A DNA stretch of 18,266 bases from assembly GCA_016748015.1 (NCBI GenBank), contig JAAOMT010000121.1:4936-23201 (forward strand). The letters are read 5' to 3'. Below, piece by piece: positions 10,336 through 18,266 of the stretch; the first letter of the stretch is position 1, and the number at the start of each line of letters is the position of its first letter. The translations under genes and the position numbers were made by a program. The notes under the pieces are model-generated. The model made no database searches. It had not been told where the DNA came from and saw only the letters and a list, made by a program, of their open reading frames with translations. Source of the stretch: Geosiphon pyriformis uo1 (Eukaryota; Fungi; Glomeromycota).

Positions 10336-11737
10336 TGTTATCAGTAGTTTTTGTCAATATTTACAAGCATTTCTTAGCTCAACTGGTAACACACATTACT
10401 ATGATTATGCTACTAACTATAGCATATTATGGATGTATGGACTATTTCAGTAAGTGGAAAAACAAAAAAGAGTACATGATAAAGTCATTCAAAGTAAGAG
10501 AAGTATTGTCATTATTATTTGTTTTTGGACAAAAACCAGTCTTAGGTATTTAAAAAGAGAAAAAAAAAGTCACATCTTTTTATATGTATCAAAAGTGCAA
10601 CCAGCAACAAGAAAAAACCAAAACTATTTAAGAAAATTATAACCAAAATTTTTTCAATTAGTCATCAAAAGTGTGTGGTGTTTAAATGTCCACTTTGAAA
10701 ACAAAGTTATAGGAATTATAAAGATTGTAGGAGTAAAACATAACTGAAATAGATTTAACTTTTTATTGTTGAGACCACTCTCTAACAATATGGTATTTTA
10801 TTACTTATTTTATATTTAACAACTTGTTCAGTAAAACAAAACTTAATATAAAATGGTAATAACACATGATTTAGAAGATTAAAAGTAATAGAAAGCTTAA
10901 TAATGGTGATAACAAATAGATAAAAAGTTATAATTAATGTGATTCCAAATAGTAATAAGAAATATGGGAAGACATATTTGAGATTGTGATGACAAGTATT
11001 TAGGGCATAAAAAAAAAGAGACAAAAAATGTAAGAGTAGAAGAAAAGATTAACTGCTTACTATAAAACTATAGTGAAGAATTGGCTCAGTATTGAACTGA
11101 TGCTTTCCTGAGCTGACAAAAAGGCTGTATATATAGCTAAATTATATCAAATCTACATACTATATTAAAATTATTTAAGATACATTAATTATTTATATAT
11201 TTTAATTTAATCAATTCATAATAAGCTTTACTTGACATGTTATTTTCTTAGAGCTAGTGATTTTTAGATGATCAGATTTAGATGGCTGGATTTAGAACAT
11301 TAATTGTCAATCAATGATACCAATTGTAATTATGATCAACATAATCAGAAGTAGATCAATTGATTACATTTCTTGGTAACTACTTTTAACCATTAATTGC
11401 AGATCTAGAATATTAGATTATTCCAATAAGGACATATAAAAATTTTTAGAGCATAACAAAGCCTGTTGTTATCTGATTACATACATCAATCATTTATTTT
11501 ATTTGGTGTTTCTTAGTTTGCTAAGATTTTTTTGTATCTAATTTAGTTAAACTGTTGGATTGTGTTATATTTTTTTGTTGTAATTAAATTGATTGCTAAT
11601 CATTTATTTTCAGATTGCCAACTGATTTTGTTGATTAAGTGTGATAATGTAGGTTTTTTTTGCATGATTTTGATGTTAATTTCTATTGTATGTGTTGTAA
11701 TTTTTGCATTGAAAAGTGTGAAAATTTTCCGGTAATA
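10336..11737 (-). repeat. LTR copy 2 (1402 bp; shared middle LTR)
   Basis: Starts TGTTAT and ends GTAATA on +. Collinear with copies 1 and 3. Confidence 0.9.
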
Positions 11738-11878
11738 TTTTTTCCATCTTTGAAAAATAAGCTCCTGTGAATTGTTAAATTTTTCTTTTTTTCTAGGGAA
11801 GATCAAAGTCCTTTGAGATATCTAAAAGTCATTAAAGTATTTATAGTTGTTTTCATACTAACAACAAGAGACATCATA
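11738..11878 (-). promoter_or_regulatory. Internal segment 2 (141 bp): mutated PBS (TGATGTCTCTTG) and purine tract (AAAGATGG followed by an A run)
   Basis: Same length and sequence as segment 1 apart from mostly transition differences. Confidence 0.78.
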
Positions 11879-13281
11879 TGTTACGAGTGGTTTTTGTTGA
11901 TATTTGCAAATATTTCTTAGCTCAACTGATAACACACATTATCATGATTATGCTACTGACTATAGCATATTATGGGTGTATAAACTATTTCAGTAAGTGG
12001 GAAAGCAAAAAGAGGTACGTGATAAAGTCATTCAAAGCAAGAGAAGTATTGTCATTATAATTTGTTTTTGGGCAAAAACCAATCTTAGGTATTTAAAAAG
12101 GGGAAAAAGAAGTCATATCTCTTTATATATATCAGAAGTGCAACCAGCAACAAGAAGAAACCAAAACTACTTAAGAAAATTGTAACCAGAATTCTTTTAA
12201 TTAGTCATCAAAAGAATGTGATATTTAAATGCTTACTTTGAAAATGAAGTTATAAGAATTATAAAGATTGTAGGAGTAAAACATAACTAAAATAGATTTA
12301 ACTTTTTATTGTTGAGACCATTCTCTAACAACATGGTATTTTATTACTTATTTTTATATTTAACAACTTGTTTGGTGAAACAAGACTTAATGTGAAATGG
12401 TAATAACACATGATTTGGAAGATCAGAAGTAATAAAAAGCTTGATAATAGTGATAACAAATAGATAAGAAGTTATAATTAATGTGATTCCAAATGGTGAT
12501 AAGGAATATGAAAAGACATACTTAAGATTGTGATGACAAGTATTTAGAGCATAAAAAAAATGAGACAAAAAATGTAAGGGTAGAGGAAAAAACTAACTGC
12601 TTATTATAAAACTATAGCAAAGAGTTGGCTCAGTATTAAACTGATGCTTTCCTGAGCTGACAGAGAGGCTGTATATATTGCTAAATTACATCAGATCTAC
12701 ATACTATATTAAGATTATTTAAGATATATCAATTATTTATATATTTTAATTTAATCAATTTATGATAAGCTTTACTCAACATGTTATTTTTTCAGAGCTA
12801 GTGATTTTTAGATGATCAGATTTAGATGGCTGGATTTAGAACATTAATTGTCAATCAATGATACCAATTGTGATTATGATCAACATAATCAGAAGTAGAT
12901 TAATTGATTACATTTCTTAATAACTACTTTTAACTATTGATTGCAGATTTGGAATATTAGATTGTTTCAATAAGAACATATGAGAATTTTTAAAGCATAA
13001 CAAAGTCTGTTGTTATCTGATTACATGTATCAATCATTTATTTTCATTGGTGTTTTTTAGTTTGCCAAGATTTTTTTGTATCCAACTTAGTTAAACTGCT
13101 GAATTGTGCCATATTTTTTTGTTGTAATTGGATTGATTACTGATTATTTATTTTCAGATTGCCAGCTGATTTTGTTGATTAAGTGCAATAATGTAGATCT
13201 TTTTCACATAATTTTGATGTTAATTTTCATTGTATGTGTTGTAATTTTTGCATTGAAAAGTGTGAAAATTTTCTAGTAACA
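11879..13281 (-). repeat. LTR copy 3 (1403 bp; 5'-most LTR on the minus strand)
   Basis: Perfect TGTTAC...GTAACA termini, immediately followed by the ACAT TSD. Confidence 0.9.
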
Positions 13282-13776
13282 ACATACTCCTCTTTTTATT
13301 GCAATATCAATCCAGTTGTATTTTTTTGGTAGCATATTTCCACATGTGAAACAAGGAGTCTTGTCCCATTTTTCACTCTTTTTGGAATATCTAAATTGTT
13401 CTCTATGGCATGCTTTGCAAAAGTACTAGGTACGAGTTTTATATTCCTCTTCTGGAGAAATACATGTTCCCATTGATGAAAGTTTTTTGTTGCAATCTTT
13501 GCATTTGAGTGAGATGTAGGGTAGTTGTTTCTGTGGTTCTGGTGTAGAATATCTAACTACATTCTATCCTCTGGTCTCCTCAAAAATTTCTTGTTCTGTT
13601 TCTTCAGCCCAATTAGATGATGATCCAAGAGCCATTAAAGTTTCAGTAACTAGTAGTTTTTTTTCCTCTTCAAATTCAAATACTAGAGCTTTTTCAGTTT
13701 TCTTGTTAAAAGTATCACAGGTGGCAGGTACTCTAGTGTATTGTTTTTGGTATGAAATCTTCAATTCCTGAGTTTC

Positions 13777-14124
13777 TTAATCCAAATTTGTATTGGTCTT
13801 GAGAAACCAATCATTTCCAATAAGAGCTTGATATTGGGGTGTATTCATGATTAGAACTTTGACTGGAATAGTAATTCCATCAATAGTGAATGGGAAATTG
13901 TCAATTTCTCTTACTGGAGTTTTTTTCATACTATCTGCAGTGACAATTACAGTTTGGGCTGGTTTGTCAACCGTTTTTTGAAGCTGTTGCATTAATTGGT
14001 AGGTGATAATACTTCCAGCTAATCTACTGTTTAAGATTAACCGAATTGGTTTTCCTTTAACTTCAGTTTCAGTATACATTGCTGTAATTGCTTTTTGTTT
14101 ATTGACTGCTGTATTGCTAAGCAA
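13777..14124 (-). pseudogene. Retropepsin-like aspartic protease of Gypsy A, active site mutated
   Basis: VKGKPIRLILNSRLAGSII (LILDSGS with three transitions) and C-terminal ALIGNDW (the LG.DW motif). Confidence 0.9.
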
Positions 14125-14269
14125 GAATGGTGATTTATTGGCTTCAAATTCAAATGGAAAGATATCTAAAAGGTTGGCATTTTGGGCAATTTGGGCTGAT
14201 AGAATAGTGTTGTTGAAAGGATTTGATTTTGGTGCTGCAACTTCACCTTCAAAAAGTGCAGGTTGTTAA

Positions 14270-16240
14270 AAATTTGATCCTTCAGGTATTGTAAAATAGC
14301 TGGGTTGAGTGTGATAGTGATTTGGTCTTTGTTGACCAGAATTTCGGAGAACCAACTGGTTATTTGGGTTGTTTCTGTTGTTATTATTACTGAATTAATT
14401 TTGAGGTGTGAATTGGTTATGTTAAACCAATCTTCTGGCTAGTACTTAATATTGTTAAGTGGGTGGTATCTGATATTGTTGAATTGGTAAAAGTTGCTGA
14501 TATTGTTGCTGTATTGGATGTAGAGCTGGTTGATAGTAATTGTTTTGATTTTGTGGTCTTGGTGAGTAATAAGTTGGTAGTAAAAGTTAGTAATAAAATT
14601 GTTGTGGTAAAGAATAACATTGATTACTTCTGTTTTGTTAATTTCTTTGTAATTTCCTGCAATCTTGTTTCTAGTGTCCTGGAATTCCACAATAATGACA
14701 ATTTTGAGATTGGTTGTTAGATGGTAATCTAAAATTGTTTTGGTTGTGTCATTGTAGTGGTTGATATCTTTGTGGTTACTGTTGTTGTTGTTGTTGGTTT
14801 GTAAAATAGTTTTCAACCTTTTTTGTGAGTTAGTCTATTTTCTCTTCAACTGCTAAGCTGGTTTCTTTAATAGCTAGATTAACAAGTTTGGTGTGGTTTG
14901 TTTCTTCTATTGCTATTTCATAGTTCTTTGTATGTTTAATAGCAGTTGCTAAGTCTGCTAGGACATGTGGATAAACTTTTTTAATTAGTTTGTCTTTTAA
15001 TTCTGCTATGAATTAATTCAAAATCTGGGCATTGGAATAGTATTCATTGGTTTCCAATTGTCAAATTCATTGAAGAAGTTTATTGAATCTTCCAAGATAA
15101 GTCATAATAGTCTCAGATGTTTCTTGTTTGATATTGTGAAAGCAATTGTGAAGAGTAATAGAGGTGTTGTTATTAGTAAATTGTTGTAAGAAAGCATCTT
15201 TGAATGCTTGTCAGTTCTCAAATAGTTCTTTTAAGTTTTCAAACCATTCTTCTGTAGTTCTTTAGAGAAAGTATGAGATTGCTTTGAGCATTTTTACTGT
15301 ATTTCAACCATTTGTATCTCCTGCTTTTTGAACTTTGTCAAGCCATTCTTGAGAATTAATATTATTGTCTTCATCAGTGAATTCTGAAATTTTTGCAATG
15401 TAAGCAGTTGTCATTTTTTTTTCGTTTTCTGTAGTTTTTTTTTGTTCTGATTCAGTTTCTTTACTTTCTAAGTTCTCTGAATAATTACTTTCATTTTTTT
15501 GTAAGTAATCAATAATATTGGTGTTGGGTGATATTGGTTTCTGCTGTTGAATAGAATTTTTAGGTGACTGAAAGTCTTCTGGTTTAGAGAAACAGTTAAG
15601 TGGTGAATTTGGTGTTTGTGGTCAAGCAAGTGAAATTGAAAATGGTGTAATAAAAAGTGGTAATTTGATACTGGTTTTTTGTTCAGGTGTTTGCAAGTAT
15701 TTGGCAGTTGTTTTTGGTAGTATTGGAGTGTTTGGAGTGGTTTTTGAGTATTGTTTCACTTTTTGTTTGCCTTTGTTGCTTGTTTCTGTTTCTGATTCAA
15801 AGTCAAAAGAGTATTTAGACTGAACTGGGTATTTTTTTTCACAATACTCAATAATGTTAAAATTAAGTTCTTGGAAGTAGGTTGCAAGTGTTTTACTGTT
15901 TAGGTCTTTTGTTTTCAATTGTGAATAGTGTACCAAATTATTGTAGAAGTTGTTTTTGACTTCTAAAATGTTGTAGTTTCCAAAAAAATAGTTGTTTATA
16001 CAGTTTTTAATGTATTGGTATAGTAATTTCTTGAAAATTTCAATTCCATCTTGGATGTTAAATCTTTGCTTGTAGTGTGTGTAGATTGACTGATAATACT
16101 CTAGAGTTGTTGTGTCTAGTGTAATCACTATTTTGAATTTGTTGTTGCTGTGTTATTTCTGTGAAAGAGCACCAAATGTTACTGGAGGTTTTTGGTCTCT
16201 TTTCTTGAATATTGTTAATGTTGATTTGCTGTGAATTCAT
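14270..16240 (-). pseudogene. gag of Gypsy A: N-terminal extension, capsid-like domain (~14900-15414), Q/N-rich linker and CCHC zinc knuckle (14659-14700)
   Basis: TTAYIAKISEFTDED...QEWLDKVQKAGD...WFENL...FKDAFLQQF...IKQETSETIMTYLGRFNKL. Knuckle CHYCGIPGH*KQDC. Many stops and frameshifts. Confidence 0.88.
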
Positions 16241-16587
16241 GTTCTCAGAAAGTAATTGGACTTTAAATAACTAAATTTATCTTCAAATTATCTTCTATAA
16301 TTTGAACTGCTGGGCTTATAAGTGGAATGGCTAATTCCTTGCCAGTTACTTTATGTAGTTACATTGTAGTAAATGTCAACTCTTTCCCAGGAATTGCTCA
16401 TCTAGAAGCTTACTAAAATGTGTAGTTACTTTGCTGTGAAAGTTAACTCTTTTACAGAAATCTCATCTGTAGACTACTCTAATAATTATGATAAGAAAAG
16501 GAAAAGAAAAAAATAAAAAAAATGTAAAAAAAATAGAATTCTAACAAGAAAAACGTTTTTTATCCAGGCCTGGAGTCACTAACAGAT

Positions 16588-17011
16588 TATTGAAATTGGT
16601 AGCCAATCAATTTCAAAATGTTAGTTGTGTAAAAGATGATTTGTTTCAATTAAGATATCTAAAGTAAAATATTATGATAAAATACTATGAGAAGATACAT
16701 TTTCTTGAAGAGAGAAGCTCTTTTTTTATATAACTTATTGTAGTACTAATCTTTGAACTTGTACTTTTCTCTTTTCTACAATTTGGGTGAACTAAAAATA
16801 CATTTCGACAAACTACAAGTTATTTTCACTGAACTATTAATTATTTCGGCCAATTTTCATTAATTTTGGCAAATTTTGATTATGTTAAATGGTTCAAAAT
16901 ATTGTGTAATTTGATCATCTTAATTTCTAGAGTACAAATCAGATTATTGATTAAGTAATGATATTTGATAATTTGATTAAATAATAAGTAATAATCAAAA
17001 TAATAATAATA
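16588..17011 (-). repeat. Putative 5' LTR of Gypsy A (~420 bp; boundaries approximate), followed by a degenerate PBS-like T(A)GTGACTCC at ~16572-16581
   Basis: Non-coding block between the gag leader and the interrupted family-B gag. Termini could be decayed TGTTG...CAACA (TATTA...CAATA). TATATAA on minus at ~16726-16732. No second copy in the window to confirm. Confidence 0.5.
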
Positions 17012-18266
17012 TATGCTAATTAATAATAAGAATTATGAGGGTAATTTTGTGCTAATTAATAGCTAAAATTCTATTGGTAATACTGCTAAGACTAATTAAA
17101 ATGTGGTTCAAATCTAGGTCTTTATGGTTGCTAGTTGTCTCTGACTGCTTAGGCTAATAATTTTAATAGCCAAGCAAGATTTGCTGTAAATCTATCTATT
17201 AACTGTTCATTTGGGTCTTGAATTTGGGTGGCAAAAGAAGTAGCAGCCATTTGTAAAGTAGGAGCCATAACAAAAGCAGAAGCAAAAACTGAAAGGGTAG
17301 ATTTCAGATGCATTCTTTGGTTATCTTCTATTTTCTGGACAAGTTTAATAGCCATATCCATTGTGGGATTATTTTTTAAGGCCAGGAGAGGCCAAAGAGC
17401 ATATGACAGATCTGTTCTCAATTTTTTTTTAAAGTAATAAATCTTTTGCTCTTCTGTCCAGTTTCTTTTAGAATCTATTTTTTTAATTAACTTTCTAATG
17501 ACTTTGGCATATTCAGTTACTACTTTACCAAGACCTTGGGTTCTTCTTTCTAGTTTTATGCACCATTTAAAGATTAAAATAGGAGTTCTAAATTTAATTT
17601 TAAATCAGGTTGTAAAAGAGATGTTTTTTTTTCAGCATTTGTTGATGCTCATTTAATGATTCTTTGGTGAGCACTAGCATTAGTTTTTTGTGAGAACCAA
17701 GTAGCAAAAGAGTCTTAGAGGTAGCTACCAACAATTTGGAACTTGTATTTATTATCATATTGGTTGGCTGTAGTAGCTCTTTTAAAGTTATCTAACCATT
17801 TGATTGAATCTTGTATATTACTTTTGAATAAAAATAGTAAAGTATTATTTTTTCACCTTAAAGCAGTTTGTATGCCTTGGAGAGCAATCAGAATATTTTG
17901 TTGTATGGGGTCATTAGCCATTAGTTCAAGAGTAGCTATTTGTGTGAAATGTTCTGGTTTACTTAAGAAGGAGTTAAAAACAGGAGCAGTTTGATAGTTT
18001 TCTTTTTCTGCTTCAAAGGATGTTTCAGTTAGCTCATAGGCAGCAATCCAAATATGAATTTAATGATTCAGATATTCAGAATCAGAGGGCTGTTGTTCAA
18101 AGGTTGTGAAGTATAAAAGCTGATTAATACTGTTATTTTTTTCTTTAAAGTTGTCTTCAAAATAAGTTTGGTCAAAGTAATAAGTTGTATAGGCTGTATA
18201 GGTTTTAGCTAAATGTTCATTTAGAAACCAATTCTAAAAGTTTTGGAATTTTCTACTGAATTGTTT
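17012..18266 (-). pseudogene. gag remnant of a second Ty3/Gypsy-like family (B), running off the window
   Basis: Minus translation: LLFKSNIQDSIKWLDNFKRATTANQY...R..QGLGKVVTEYAKVIRKL...WTEEQKI...LRTDLSYALWPLLALKNNPTMDMAIKLVQKIED, a Retrotrans_gag-like pattern distinct from the family A gag. Confidence 0.82.

Larger units (their letters stand above)
8806..13281 (-). mobile_element. Non-autonomous LTR element in tandem LTR-I-LTR-I-LTR arrangement, flanked by a 4-bp TSD ACAT (8802-8805 and 13282-13285)
   Basis: Three ~1.4-kb direct repeats with T(G/A)TTA(C/T)...GTAA(C/T)A inverted termini, separated by two 141-bp spacers. Removing 8806-13285 restores the host frame AGA GGA GTA TGT | GAC CAA ATC TGC (RGVC|DQIC). 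Confidence 0.92.
6077..17011 (-). mobile_element. Ty3/Gypsy LTR retrotransposon (family A) carrying a dUTPase; 3' part (integrase, 3' LTR) missing; interrupted by the 8806-13281 insertion
   Basis: Minus-strand domain order: putative LTR, gag capsid, CCHC, protease, Cys-rich region, dUTPase, RT, RNase H. RT motifs are Gypsy-type (RFCVD, STLDL, TAF, YLDD). Confidence 0.92.

Noticed and set aside
8787-12568. Recurrent hydrophobic 60-80 aa ORFs on both strands in each LTR (e.g. 10335-10553 +, 10782-11024 -)
   Set aside because: They recur only because the LTR is triplicated. Starts are inconsistent or non-ATG or cross the LTR boundary, copy 3 versions are truncated, and no domain is recognisable. 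They would only matter if the consensus showed purifying selection.
8806-13281. CRISPR-like array, plain satellite or assembly duplication
   Set aside because: The units are ~1.54 kb, the spacers are homologous to each other, the copies are clearly diverged, and TG..CA termini, PBS, PPT and TSD explain the structure as an LTR element.
2805-17994. Plus-strand short ORFs (2805-2987, 6087-6269, 14003-14269, 14463-14720, 17228-17437, 17743-17994) and off-frame minus ORFs (1822-2016, 14417-14620, 14439-14816)
   Set aside because: They are antisense or alternative-frame shadows of retroelement pseudogenes.

Overview
Left chromosome end of an AT-rich eukaryote, most likely a fungus; the retroelement proteins resemble, from memory only, those predicted in Glomeromycotina/Geosiphon-type genomes. 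There is no intact host gene. From the tip inward: (1) two canonical CCCTAA telomere units, then a ~900-bp in-phase array of the variant hexamer CCCTAT that decays inward to TTTTAT; (2) the 3' half of a non-LTR retrotransposon (RT, RNase H, CCHC, poly-A; minus strand, ~914-3874); (3) a second, internal decayed CCCTAT-type array (~3875-4040), a candidate fossil telomere; (4) an almost fully AT-converted 5' half of a LINE of the same type (ORF1 end, AP-endonuclease, RT start; ~4045-6077); (5) a truncated Ty3/Gypsy element (LTR, gag, protease, Cys-rich domain, dUTPase, RT, RNase H; ~6077-17011); (6) inserted in it with a 4-bp TSD, a non-coding LTR-I-LTR-I-LTR tandem element (8806-13281) with ~1.4-kb LTRs and 141-bp PBS/PPT-only internal segments; (7) the gag of a second Gypsy-like family (~17012 to the end). 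Every element is a pseudogene, lies on the minus strand pointing at the telomere, and is riddled with C>T/G>A transitions.
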